Positions 29,501-44,500 are shown, numbered from the stretch's first letter. The stretch: 64,000 bases of DNA from Lama glama (GCA_028534125.1 CM052832.1:14572001-14636000), one strand, 5' to 3'. Made by a program: numbers and translations. The notes: generated from the letters alone by a model not told the origin.

Positions 29501-32500
29501 AATGAATTATATTTCTCCTTCCATCCATAACTACAGTTAGCTCTTATACATACTAGATGCTAATAGCTGACTTTAGAGTTATATGTTGTTTACCAATTTT
29601 TATTTTTTCACACATATCCTTTCCTTTTACTGAGCATTTTCAGTGTTGTTGTTTTTAACTGGACCATAAGATCATGGTGTGCAAGAGCTTTAACCTTACA
29701 AATTTTTTCTACAGCGGCTAACACGTACTATGTAAAAAGGCTCTGTAACAATTTTTAAATGAGAGTAAAAATTTCAGAAGCTTATAAATATATAAAATAA
29801 TACTGTATAATATTAAGTGATACATAGGAATGCACTGTCATGATAACAACAAACTCAGGAAGTGCTTACCTGTAGGACTGCGGGAGGGGCCTACAGAAGC
29901 TTCACCTGTATGAACAATGCTTATTTCTTATGTTGGGAGGTGACCATATAACTGTTCATTATATTAGTCTCTATACCTCTTTGGATGGCAAATATTTCAT
30001 AATAAATCTAAGATTTCTATCAATTATCTATTGTATATACTAACTGTTGGGAGAGTTACTCCTCCATGGCTCTCTTATACTCCTACATGTCTAGGTAGGT
30101 AAGAAAAACACAAAACACATGACCCTGACCACTCCTTACCCAGGTCACTTCTCAGGATTGTGTTTGCCTACAGCAGTTTTGAAGGATGAAGACCTTTGAA
30201 GGATGTCCCGCCAGGACAAAGAGCAGGCTTGCTTACAACTTACTATAAAAGCAATGGATTCCCCAAGCTCAATGTTCCACTCCGGTTAACACATGGACAG
30301 GCATTCACCTGGGCCCATTCATATCACTCCTATGGGACTTGTGGGGGTAAAGGGAACTAATGCAAACCTCTGTTTATGATTCTTGCTGGGCTATGAGTAA
30401 CAAAATCCTTTGTCTGACCCAGGAGTCTCGTTTTCTGCCAGCATCCATGAAATGCAGCAGGCTAATTATTAGCTTCTAAATAGGGTAAACTAAAATCCCA
30501 GACCCTTACTCATATTTTTACTGATTTTAATTCATAAAAAAAAATTTAATCAGCATTTACTTAGTATGAACCAATTTTATTCTCTGGAAAAAAAAAAGTT
30601 TTCTATAACGGCTCCTATTCTCTAAAAACTAACTTGCCACAGAGGGAAAGAAAAATCCTCTTGTCCTGCAAAGAATGGACACCTACAAGGAAACAGGACT
30701 GGATATGAAAGAAAAAAAAAGAACACCTTAAACACTTCTACTACAAAAAACAACAAAAACAGTAACTGAAAGTAAAGGAAGATACAGTGCATACTCCTGA
30801 GGAACTTACAGGAAACCCCTGAAGGAACGAAAGGAAAGAAGAAAACAGAATTCAATGTTATTAGTTAACACTAGGTATCGGCAGGCTTTCTTTTTCAAGC
30901 TCCTTATGTATTTATATAAGCTATTACAATTATTTCCTCCCAGCAACCCTTTCTCTATTTTTAAGTATTCAGGGAAGCCACATGAGCTCAGAAATTGGGG
31001 TGGGATATGTTTCAGAAGTATTAAAGATAATAATTTCTGAAGACATAAAATGAGTTTTGAGGACTGTATGTCTCCTCTCCTCTGCACAGATTCTGATAAA
31101 GACTCCACATCCCACCTCAGCTGAGAATCATGGTAGCAGGGAGACATTGTCAGAGATGGGAGTAAGGATCCCTTTAAAATGCAGGAGCAGGGACAAGAGG
31201 TTGAGAATCACTAAGATAAGCTACTTTTCCTTACGATAAAAAGCTATTTTGGAGAAAAGAAAGTGATAGGGATTTTTTAAAGTATGTTTCACTCTGAAGA
31301 AAGAGGAACATACTTCAAGTAAAATGAAACAAACACAGTCAAGAGTAAGTTACACTGGGGGGAAAGGTATAGCTCATGCTTAGCATACACAAGGTCCTGG
31401 GTTTAAGCCCCAGTATCGCCTCTAAAAATAAAATAAGTAAACCTAATTACCTCCCCCCTCAAAAAAAAAAAAAGAGTAAGTTACACTGCTTATTAGCACT
31501 AACATTCTCTGATTATACCAAGTAGTTACCATACATCTAATTTCTATAGTATTCTATGCAAAATCTAACTCTATTTACAGCTCCATATAAAATATGTATC
31601 ATTTTTCAAGCCTTGACAAAGTAAAAATGTATGAGAGTATGTTAAATTTCATCCTAACCTTGCCAGTATTTAGGGCAATATGTTTCAAACTATGGAACTC
31701 TAATCATGAGGGTGGAATCACTTTGGTATGTTTATTTTAACACGCAGCTTATTGGGCCATACTCCAGATACGCTGAATCACAATGAGGAAGGGGTTAAGG
31801 AATCTGCACTTTAACAAGCTCCAGGTGATTTTTCTTTTCTCTAATGCTAAAGAATGGTTTAATTTCAGGTTTCAGTTAGCCACTTAAGATGACTCAAAGA
31901 ATGGAAAATGAGAGTCTGCAGATAGAAAAGAAATGCATAAATTCATTCCTCAAGAACGAAGTTTCAACCTCTATTCTTATATAGCTTAGTGGTTAAGAGC
32001 ACAGGCTTCAGAGTCATATATGGGCTCAAAACCTCTTTCTCTTACTTACTAATGCTGTGACATTGTTTTTGTTTTTTGTTTATTTTGGGGGGAAGGTAAT
32101 TAGGTTTATTTATATTATATTATATTATATTATATTATATTATATTATATTATATTATATTATATTAATGGAGGTACTGGGGATTGAATCCAGGACCTCG
32201 TGGGTGCTAAGCACGAGCTCTACCACTGAGCTATACCCTCCCCAACTTATTAATGCCATGACTTCAGAACAAACTGATCAACCTCACAGAAACTTTGGGA
32301 TTAAAAGAGCTAACTAACATATATTAAATACCTGGCATTTATTAAATGCTCAATAAGTAAATAGTAATCATTATTATTTCTGGATTCTATTGCTCTCTCC
32401 CTTTAGAAAAGGCTTAAATTATTATCTTAATAAAAAAGGTTTAGAAAGCTTAGATTATTATCCTAGGACTCAGGTTGTCTTCAAGAGACTTCAGATCTAC

Positions 32501-35500
32501 CTTTCTATCTCAATGTATCATCCCTCATTCCCAGTATGCCCTTTTCTATCCTTTCAACTTGTGTATCTAAAAACTGAAAACTGAACAAGGTTAAAATTGA
32601 ATTAATATTCCCCAGAAAGCCTTCCTACTACATCCCACTCTGGCTCCAGGAAGAGATTTTCATCCCTTGTAGCTCTAGTACTAAGGGGTCACTAGAGAAC
32701 AACCACGGATAGGGAATAAAATATCAATGAAGCTTGTCAAAATCCAGTTTGTAAAGGCAAGGTCAACCAGTAGAAAACAACAGGCCTACGGGTAGTAACC
32801 AGCAGAATTCTATGGACTTTGTAGCCATGTCATCTGGCAAATGACAACATTGACTTCTTCAGGGCAGTTGTGTGGAGGAGAGAACTCTGTGCCCCACTTT
32901 ACCCTGAGAGTAACCAGGTGGATTTATGTTCCTGATTATCATGGAAATGACTGCAAGTGTGTGAGCACCAGCCAGCCAGGACTGGGACTAACCTCACTGA
33001 GGACTGCTCACCAGCCTATTGGCATAATGCTCTTGTCAAAAGCACTAACACAGAGAAACAACCAGAAAAGCACAAGACCCAGAAGGATCCATCTACCCCG
33101 CCCCAAAGTGGGTAAGTTCCCAGACAAGAATTGATATTTTCAGGTATTACACATTAGAATAAGCAAATGAGAAGATAAACTTCATTCCACTATATAATTT
33201 TGACTTCTAAGAGTAGCGAATCTCTCTACAGAGACTACCTTCTTCAACCTCTGTCTAGTCATACAATCTCTCTTATCTTTTATCCCAGATGTTTTTACTC
33301 TGCCTGAACATATAAGAATGATGATTTAACATCTTCTTCTAGGCCACCACTGAGTAGGGAGATGGACACACAGCTTCAAATAATTGTCTGTCTTTTTACT
33401 TTATAGGTTAGGCCATATCAATGTCCTTTGGTCAACTAAGAAAGATAATTTATTTTGTACACACATGGGGAAAAGCTTCATCCTCTGACTTGGACCAGCA
33501 GAGCCAAACTACTAATGATAATGACAACATTTTACTTTGTACCAGACACTGAACTAAGGAATTTTAACATCTTATCTCAATTAGTCTTCACAATACCCCA
33601 TATAAGGTATGCATCATTATCCTCATTTTAAAGAGGAAGATCATGAGGTTGAAATGTGAAGTAATTTGCACAAGGTGACAAGGCAGGAAGAGGCAAAGGT
33701 AGAGCATGATCCCAGCTCTGCTCACTGGACTGTTTTACTTCTACTAACGTCTTCGCTTACTATCGTGTTCCTCCAGAACACACCTGGCACAGAATGAATT
33801 TATAAGGTATCTCAGAAATGGTTGGAGGACATCTTTTCCCTTTTTACAACCTACCATGGACTGCTTAACCTGTGTAAGAAGAATAAATCTAAGTTTGGGG
33901 GGTAAAGTTACAGTGTAACTCCATCAAATACTTTTCTGTACTTCACAAACCCAATCAAATTAATAAAGTCTTTCTTAAGTATGCCCAGGGCTAATTCACC
34001 ATCATTGTAGCAGTAATGTCCAATCTCTACCAAGACACTGACAAGAGACCACAGAGGTTACTGTGCCATCAGCTCTGCAATCAAATATGCAAGTAAATAG
34101 GTAATCATCAAAAACTGAACAGCACTAAATGACTAAGGGTTCTTTAGTTATGCTCTAAGGACTGCTTATGGTACAGGCAGGTCTGCGGGTACACTATGGA
34201 CTGTTCTCCCATAACAGTAATAATGATATAGATTTGCTTTTTCATTTATCAATTTACTTTTAGGAGTCAACAAAATTACCTAATTAGCTTCTAAAAAATG
34301 CATAAGAATTCCTCAACTGGTTTTGTCTCCATTTTATCATAATAACAAAGAATAGGTAAAAAGGTGATCCATGAGGCCAGTTGTTACAGGAGAGGTTTGT
34401 AAAGGTTTGCTCAACCAAGGAAATCACTGATCTGAAATCTAATCTGAAATTAGCCAATAATCCCTGGCACAAATTTCATTCAGCATTTGTGGTCCTAATA
34501 GAGGATGACATCACTGAGTCCAAGGGTGGCTGAAAAGACTAATAGAAGCCTGCTATTTATTCCACTTCAAGTATGTGGGAAAACATTTTCTGGCCATCTG
34601 TTACTGTTAACAGAGCATAGAGGCTAAGATGAAATCAAGCTGGAAAAACACATTTTGATCACGTTTCATTTCTGCCAGAGGACTACAATCTGCCAAAGAA
34701 ACAACGGAGAAAGGCTCTCAGATATCTTTGTGAAAATGTACCACAAAGTTGGGAAGTAAGAATTCCAGATTTGCAGATTCACAGAATTTCAGAGTTAGAA
34801 GGGATCTTAAATAATCACCTAGACCAAATCTATCATTTGCAAATGGCCAGAAAGTTAAATGACTTGCCCAAGAGTCACTGCTCAGCCATACCAAAAGCTT
34901 TTTGCAAAGCCTTTAAGCAAAAATGTAACACAACGCTGAAGCAACTGATTTAGATGCAGGACCTCAAAGTTATCTAAACAGAACATCTCAATTGCTGAAG
35001 TAGCTAACATTATTCCATCCTGATAATCTTCTGGTGTATGCCATTATATTGTAGAGGTTTGCCCTAAAAACTTGTCAAAAAAACTTCTGCATGAATAGAT
35101 ACATGCCTTTCTTAGGAGACAATGCTTTCCTTCTAGATTTTTGTTGTTTACAATATTGGGTTTAATTGTTTTTGTTATTTTAAGTGTAATGTATACACAG
35201 TGACTTACTTCTGAAGTTTCTATTTTGTTCCACTGATCCATGTACCCATATGCCAATATCATACTATCTTTATTACTGTAGCTTCATTTTAAATCTTGAA
35301 AGTAGGTAGTGTAAGTCTCATTTTTTTTTCAAGATTATTCTGACCATTCTAGGTCCTTTTGATTTCCATATAAATTTTTTACTCAGCCTACCAATTTCTG
35401 TTGGGAAAAAACAATACAGCTATAAATTCTGAAATTCTGATTGGGATTGCATTGACTCTATAGCTCAATTTGGGGAAATCTGACATAATAAAAATGAGTC

Positions 35501-38500
35501 AGCTTATCCTTGAACACNNNNNNNNNNNNNNNNNNNNNNNNNNNNNNNNNNNNNNNNNNNNNNNNNNNNNNNNNNNNNNNNNNNNNNNNNNNNNNNNNNN
35601 NNNNNNNNNNNNNNNNNTTTCCTAAAATAATTTATATTAAATGGGTAGTATTTTTTCCTTAAATGTTCAATGAAAATCACTGATAGAACTATCTGGGCCT
35701 ATGGGGGCCCAAGTTCTTCTGACTGAGGATTCCTCCCCCACCAAAAAAAAACTATCTGGGCCTAGAGTTTTGTGAAAAAAGTTTTGATAACAAATGCAAT
35801 TTCTTTTATAGATTAGGGTTACTCAAATATTCTATTTCATTTTGTCACTTCTGCTAAGTAATGTTTTTCAAGTAATTTTGTGCATTTCATCTAAGTTGTT
35901 GGATTTATTGACAAAAGACATTCATAATGTCCCTTAATATCTGTTTCATATCTGTAAGATATAGCTATATATCTGATAGTATTTATGTTTTCTCTTTTTT
36001 CTAGATCAATCTTGCTAAAATTAATTAATTTTATTGATCTTTAAAACAAAAAAATCATTAATTTTCTCTACTGTTTGTCCTGTTTTAAATTTCACTGATT
36101 TCTACTCTTCATTCTTCCTTTCTTCTACTTACTTGGGTTTATTTCCTCATCATTTTCTACTTTCTTAAATTGGAAACTTCAATCATTGATTTAAAATTTG
36201 TTTCTAGTCTAAGAACTTAAAGCTACACATTTCCCAATACTCATGTTATTTGCTGCATCCCACAAGTTTTGATATGTTGAATTTTCATTGTCAACTAGCT
36301 AGAAATACTTTCTAATTTCTTTTATGGCATCTTCTTTGACTATGAGTTATTTTAAAATATATTTAAACTATTCCAAATTGAGGGAGTTTTTCTAGTTATT
36401 GTTACTGGTTTCTAATTTAATTCCACTGTGGTCAGGGAATATACTGTGTAAGATTTCAACATTCTGAAATATTTCAACATTCTGAGACATATTTTATACT
36501 TTAATATCTGGTCTATCTTGGTGAACATTCATGTACTTGAATGTGTATTCTGCAGTTGTCATGTGTAGTATTCTACAAACATCAGTTAGACAAGGTGATG
36601 CATAATGTTATTCAGATCTTCTATATATTGATTTTTTTTCAGGTTGCTCTATCAACTACTGAGAGAAAAGTATTAAAAATGTCCAACTATGATTTTGGAT
36701 TTGCTCCTTTCTCATTTTAGTTCTGTTTTTGATTCATGTATATAGCTCTTTCATTAGGTTTATACATATTTATCATTATTAAGTCTTTCTGGTGAATTTA
36801 CTTTTACTATGAAATGTTTCTTATCTCTAGTAGTAATCTTTGTCTTGAAGTCTAATTTGTTTGATGATAATACAGCCATTCCACCTTTCCTGTGCTTACT
36901 GTCCACATGGTGTACCTTTCTTCATTCACTCCCTTTCAATCCATTTGTGTTTATCCCTTTTGTATCCAGTCTGACCACCTCAGTCTTTAAATTGGAGTAT
37001 TTAATCCATTTATATTTAATATAATTATTGATACTGGTTGGGTTTTGGTTTGCCATTCTACTACTTGTTTTATCTGGTTTTCTTGTCCCTCTGTTTGTCC
37101 CTTCCCACCTTCTTTTTAGGTTAAACTAATACTTTTAGATTTCATTGTAATGATCTTATGGGCTATTTAGCTATACCTTTTTGCCTGTGCGCGCGCGTGT
37201 GTGTGTGTATGTGCAATCGCTCTAGGAATACAATATGTGACCTTGATTTAATCACAGTCTACTTAGAATATTGTGCTACTTCACATAAAAATATAAGAAC
37301 CTGCTATTCATCTCTTGTTGTCATATGTATTACAGCTACATGTTATAGACTCACAATATAACGTTAAACAATCTTGTCTTTTGAAAAATTAAGAGAAGAA
37401 AAAATATGTAGTCTTTTATATTTACATTTCCACTGTTCATCATTCTCCCATCTGGTGTCACTTCTCTTCCATCTGAAGAACTTCCTACAGTACTCTTACA
37501 GTACTGCTAGAATCCTCTCAGTTTTCATTTGCCTAAAAATGTCTCTTTTTCACCTTCCATTTTTAAAGGACATTTTAGCTGAATATGGAATTCTAGGTCG
37601 TGAGTTTCTTTCAGTATTTTAAAGACATCATCCCATCATCTTCTTGCCTCTGTTGTTACTGATGAGAAGTCAGCCATTATTTTATTCTTTTAAACAGAGG
37701 TACTGGGGACTGAACCCAGGACCCTGTGCATGCACTCTACCACTGAGCTATACTCACACCCCAAGCCATTAATTTAATATTATTGTTCTCCTTATGTGAT
37801 GAGGCATTTATCTCTGGCTGCTTTCAAGTTTTTCTCTTTATCTTTCATTTTCAGCAATATGACTATGATGTGCCTGAGGTGATTTTCTTTGCATCTATCC
37901 TGCTTGGGGTTCACTGAGCTTCTTGGATTCTATAAATCTGTTTTTCACCAAACTTGAAAAATTTTAGACATTATCTCTCCCTGTCTGTTTGTAAACTCCT
38001 TTGAAATATCATTCATATACCATACATCCATCCATTTAAAATGAATAATGGTTTTTAGTATAGTCCCATAGTTGTGCAACCATTTGCTTAATCAATTTTA
38101 GAACATTTTCACTATCCTATTCAAAAAAAAAAGAAAGAAAACCTATCATTCTTCAGCTATCATTCCCAATCTCCCTAACCCTTCCAAAACTAGGCAACTC
38201 ATTCTATTTTCTTTCTATACAGATTTGCCTACTTTGGACATTTAATATAATGGAGTCATATAATATGTGGTCTCATAACTAGCTTCTTTCACTTAGCTTA
38301 TTGTTTTAAGATTCATCCATGTTGTAAAATGAATTAGCAGTTTATTCTTTCCTATGGCCAAGAATATTCCATTGTATAAATATACTATATTTTGTTCATC
38401 CATTCATCAGTAGACAGACATTTGGGTTATTTCCACTTTTGGAATATTATGGATAACATTACTATGAAGATGCAAGTACAAGTTTTTGTGTGGACATATG

Positions 38501-41500
38501 CTTTTATTTCTGTAGGATATACACTTTTGAGAATTGCTGGGTCAAATGGTTAACTGTTTTACTTTTTAAAAAAGGAACTGCCAAATTGTTTTCCAAAGTG
38601 GTTTCACCATTTTATAATTCTAATAGCTGTATTTGAGAGTTCTAATTTCCCCACATCCTCACTGTCACTTGTTATTATCTGTCTTTTTTATTATAGCCAC
38701 CCTAGTAGCCATTATGGTTTTGATTTGCATTTCCTTGATGGTCTAATGATTTTGAATATCTTTTCAAGTGTTTGTGATCATTTGTATATCTTCTTTTTTT
38801 AAATCTTTAAAAAAAAATTTTTTTGGTGGGGGGAGGTAATTTGGTTTATTTATTTAGTTATTTATTTAGTTATTTATGGAGGTACTGGTAATTGAAACCA
38901 CGACCTCATCATGTATGCTAAGCATACACTCTACCACTTGAGCTATACCTTCCCCCCATTTGTATACCTTCTTGAAGAAATGTCTGTTCAGATACTCTGC
39001 CCATTTTAAAATTGGTTATTTGTGTTTTTAATATTTTGTTGTCAGCCATTATTTCCTCAAATATTTTTCAATGTCTTGTTTTAGTTATCTACTGCAGCAT
39101 AACAAATCACTTCAAACTACTGCAGCATAACAAGTCACTTTAAACCTAGTGCCATAAAACAGTAAGCATTTTATTAAGCTCACAGATTCTGGGCATTAGA
39201 AATTCATTCAAGGGACAATTGGGATGCCTTTTCTTTTATTCATGATATCTGGGGCCTCACCTGGGAAGACATGCATGCTGGGAGCTGGGATCACTGGAAG
39301 CCCTCTTCTTTAACATGGATCAGCCCTGAGCTGGAATGTCTCAGAGTGGACTCAATCAGGACTGTTGACTGGACATCTACACATGGTTGCTCCATGTAGC
39401 TTGGATGTCATTTCCACCCACATTCTGTTGGTTACAAGTGAGCCACTAAGGCCAAGAGAAAAACATATAACACAGTAGATATTGTTGCAGCCATCTTTGA
39501 AAGTACAATCTATCAGATGTCTTATTCTCTCTCATTTCCTTCTAGGATTCCAAGTACACATATTTAATATTGTCCCATAGTCACTGACGCTCTGTTTTTA
39601 TTTTCCACTATTTTCTGTTCTTCAGAGTAGATAATTCCTATTGCTCTATTTTCAAGTTCACTGACACTTTCTGTAGCTATTGCTACAGAAATCTGTAGCA
39701 AGTCCAATATATTTTTCATTTCAGATACTGTACTTCTAAGTTCTACATTTTACATCTGGTTCTTTTTATACTTTCCATTTCTCTGCTGAGATTCTCCATC
39801 TGTTCATTTATTACTACCAAGTTTGTTTTAAAGTCCTTGTCTGGTCATTCCAATATCTGAGTCATCTTGGGCTCATTTCTATTAACTGCTGTTCTCTGGA
39901 CAATGAGTTATATTTTTCTTCATTGCACATCTAATCATTTATTATTGTATACTGGATGTTATTGAGATTTTGGATTCTGTCTATCTTTTGAAGAATTTTG
40001 TTCTGTTGAGCAATTAACTTGGCTAGATTCATACTCCAAACTCTGTCTCCTGCAGTGGACAGAAGTTGATTCTGAGCTCAATTCTTTCAGCTTTCAACCA
40101 CTGCCTTTTCCAGGCTCCATGGAGTCTTCCCCCTAGGAATGTCAAGGATTTGGACAGAGTTTTAAAGTAGATTTTAGGGCTCCTACTTCTGTTGCTTCTT
40201 TCTGAGATGTATCCCCTTATTTTCCTCTTATAGCCCTGAACTCCATCCTCTGACTCTCCAAGCTAATAAGACTGCAGACTTTTGCTTGAGCTCTAGCCAT
40301 CACCCACAATGCAAACTGGGGAGTATCTTCAGGCAAAAAGTTGTATAAATGAGAATTTTACCCAGTGCAGTTCCCATCTTTCAAGTTCTCTATCAGTTTC
40401 TACCTGATTTGGCCACTTTCCAAAGTCTTCAAGTATTTGCTTTTTACATACTGTCCAGAGTTCATAATTGTTATATGAGCGAGGGTTAGCTTAATACAAG
40501 ATATTCCTGTATTATTAGAAGTAGAATCCTTTTCTACTAGCTCTCATTATATTCTCCCCACAAAGCAACTATGATATTAGTTACCAAAAATAAAGATGAC
40601 CAGATGGACACAAATACACCTTCTCAGTTTAGGGCAATAAATGATAATAGATAAGTTATCTTCTTGGTCTGCTGGTGAAGTGCTTATCATAAAATTTTAA
40701 AGCAATCTAAAAATGTATAAATAGAAAATGACAGGTCACTATATAGAAGTAATTATGTATCTAGATAGATGTGTAAAACAAAATTATTCTATATATACTC
40801 TTCTAAAACTTCTTTTCTTCCATTAATAATATATCTTGGGCATTTTAAACTATCAAAAAATTTAATGCTTTTTAATAATAGAAGAGTTATCTACAAATGA
40901 TACCCCTGTATAGATTTACTATAATTTACTTAATAAAGTCCCTGATTTCTCCTTTATATTAATTTCATTAAATAGCCTTGTAGGGTTTTTTTTACTTATT
41001 TGATTCCTTCTGTAGGATGAATTCATAGAAGTGGAACTGCACATTTTACATGCTGACAGAAATTACCAATTTCCCTCCATAGATAAGACACTGATTTATA
41101 CTCTCAACAATTATAACCAATTGCACAAATTTCCCCATATCTATGGTAGCTTGGTAATTTGAAGCACTCCCATTTATCTTACTCCCCATCCCAATATTAG
41201 GTCATCCAATATTCTGGAGATTCTAGAGAAGTTCTCTTTCCTTAATTCTCTCTCTCTATTTTTTTTTTTAACTGGAGGTACTGGGGATTGAACCCAGGAC
41301 CTTGTGCATGCTAAGCATGTGCTCTACCACTGAGCTATACCCTCCCTTCTTTCCTTAATTCTCAACAGTAGCCCTGATGAACATTCTAATTTTATCCTCT
41401 AAGCCTGGAGCCTTGCTAAACCCTAGCCTGCTTAGTTGAAGTCATAATATCCTGTCTGTTTTGAGCCAGTCTTCTTCTAGAATTGAACACTTGTAATTTG

Positions 41501-44500
41501 GCCCACCACCAAGGGTTCAGGCATGTAAGTAAGGCATGTTACTTACTGATTCCTCTTATTGAGTGTTAACATATTTGACCATCACCTGGAATTATGGCTG
41601 TAATTTCTTATCCATTCTTTTCTACACACCCTTGTATTAATCATTCTAGATTTAAGACTAAGGTAGTTGGGGGAAGGGTACAGCTCAAAGGGGAAGGGTA
41701 TAGCTCAGTGGTAGGGTGAGCACTTAGCATGCATGAGGTCCTGGGTTCAACCTCAAGTACTGCCATTGAAATAAATAAATAAATAAATAAATAAATAAAC
41801 AAACAAACAAACAAATAAACAAACAAACAAACCCAATTACCCCACACACACACACCCAAAAAAAGACTAAGTTAAGGGTCTTCTCATCAACTGTAACTCA
41901 GAGATGCCTGCCTCTCTTAATTCTTCAACCATTCAGTTCTCATAGTGATTGGGTCCCAGATTCTTTTTCCTACACTGGTCTTGAAGATATTACACCTCAT
42001 GACCCAAGTTTTAGCATGTCTCACTTTGTTAGAAACATTTCTTGTCATCCTACCATATTCCCTTTAATTTTCTTTACTTCATTGTCTTGACAATTCCCAA
42101 ACTTACATAAAGAATAGGAATTAATGAAATCTGAATATTATATTTCTAATTTTAAAACTTCTGTTCTTGGATTAACCAAAGTGAAAGTACACTTGCTAAT
42201 GCTCATAAAAGGAAGACTTATTCCACTAACAGGCATTGTTGGTTATTCACTATTGAATGAGAACAGATAGTTATTCATGATACAGCCTCAAACAGATATT
42301 TAGAGAAAGGTAGCAGGTAGATTATTTGAGCTTTGAAAATTGCCCAAAGAGGAAACTGAGGAAAAAGGAAAATCGTACCATATACTGAGGTAGTCCTTAA
42401 CTTTTGAGCAGAACTAGCCCTAATTCTGACCAACAAATACGCTTATTTTATGAGGCACAAACTGCTCAAAATGAGCTTTTTGACTTTGATGGTAAAAGAA
42501 AGCCCTGTCAAACCTTTGAGTAGTTTCCCCTACAGAGATTATTTAATGGACAAATACCTAAGGTATCAGCACATTCAAATAAGAGTTACTAGGTTCAAAC
42601 CATAAAAAGTAGCTGTGAAGGATACAAAGATGAGTTTAAAATATAAAAAAAAGTCTCTAACCCTAAGGAAAACTATGAGCTAGAGCTAGAACTGTGTCAT
42701 TTAGATCTGTGTCCAACACAAAGTCCTGGATAAGGATGCTCAATCAATGTTTAGTGATAATAATAAGAAGCAAATAAATGATAACTGCCAAATAAGTGGA
42801 ATGAACTAAGGATTATATCCAATAATCCATCCACATGCTTTCACACATTGCAAATCAATTATAATACGTCTGATTATCTAGACACATTAAGGCAGGTTAA
42901 AAGTGTCATCAGTAAACACAGAAATAAGTATATCTGTGAAGCCGAGGTAGAAGGCATACCCTTCCCATTTGTGATAATTAGAAAATGCAAGGTTTTTAAA
43001 ATAGAGAGATTAGTACATTCTAAAAGTTCTATCTCAAAGCTTTTATAATAAAAAACAATATCAGGAAAAAATTAAAAAGAAAAAAGATCTTTCTCTGAAA
43101 ACAAAAATTATTTTTAAAACAATAGCTAACATTTCATAATTGCTTACTCTATTCCAAGCACTATCCTAAGCATTTTGTTATACATTTTTAATTAGTTTAT
43201 TTTTCTCAATGACCCCATAGTATAAAAGACTACTGTCTCCAATTTATAGATGAGGAAACCTACACATAGAAAGGTTAAATAACTTGCCCAAGGTTACAGA
43301 GCTAATAAGCTAGGGTTTAAGATTAGGTAGTCTGACTCAAGAACTTGCAGCCTGACTTACAGTAGACCATCTTTCTGACTTTTAACAAAGTCAACAGAGG
43401 TGAAGTTCAGAGAAGTTCCAATTGCCTCAGACCCAGATCAATGGCAGCAGAGAACAAGCTGAGCCCTATCCAGAGGCACAGTATACAGGCCTCTGTGATC
43501 TAGTCCCTACCTTTCCAACATCATTTCTAGCTGTGTTCCACCCTTAAACTCCACATTCCAATGACGCAGAACCATATGCAGTCTCCAAAATGCACCTGCT
43601 GCTTCTCAGCTCAGTATCAACTCATGCAGCAACTTCTGCCTGGAATCACCTTTCTGCCCCAGACTGTCTGTGCCCTCTAGCTCCACACATACTTCTGAAT
43701 ACTTTACTGGGCTTATTGTTTCCAGGTCTGTTTGTCTTTATAGGCAGTTAGTTCTCTGAACAGGAATTTTGTCTTATTCATCTTTGAGTTCCTGGTGCCT
43801 GGCATACAATGCAGATGGTCAATAAAAGTTTCTGGAAAGAACTAATGAACAAATGATCTCAGAAACTGGGTCCTCAAAGACAGCCGAGGGCCTGGGGCTA
43901 GCTGAGGGGAATGTGAGACTCCATATCTGAGAATGGCTGAGACACCACCTGGAGCTGAATATGCAACCTTCTTGCAGTAAACTTTCCTCAAAGAGGCTGA
44001 GGAATCTCTCTTGTGGGCTCAGAGAACTAAGGAGCCACAGCCAATTCCACCTGAAAAGGAAGGGAGAGAGCGGGGGTTCTGCTGAGATTCACCAAAAGGA
44101 TATCCCACAATACACTGCCAGTCCCCTAATTTCATATCAACCTCTGTTGAAACATTTCCTCAAATGAAATGAGTTCCTGAACACCCTTCTTTCACATAGG
44201 TTAAAAAACACAGATTTCAAAAAAAGAGACATAGAGAGAGAGAAGGAAGAAAAGAGAGGAAGAAAAACAAACAGATTTCTCTTAGAAAAGGGAAAGGCAT
44301 ATTTTCAGCTCTGTCTGGGAAAGCACTCCACCAGATGGCAGGAGGAAGTCAGCTTAAATGAATTTAGGCAATCCCTATCTGCATTTTCTACATATCAGAA
44401 CTCCCAACTTTCAAATGACTCACACATACCACAAACTGCTGCCCAGACCCCTGCCCCATTCTCACTGCCACTGCAACAGAAACCATTTTTGGAAAATAAA

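Larger units (their letters stand above)
35150..40530 (-). mobile_element. Long degraded L1 with nested SINE, LTR and L1 insertions
   Basis: T-rich antisense L1 motifs throughout; ORF 35044-35262 shows an ORF2-like MDQWNKIE remnant. Confidence 0.75.

Noticed and set aside
39089..39144. 28-bp tandem duplication in the MLT LTR, and an 18-bp one near 36452-36486
   Set aside because: Ordinary slippage duplications within dead repeats.
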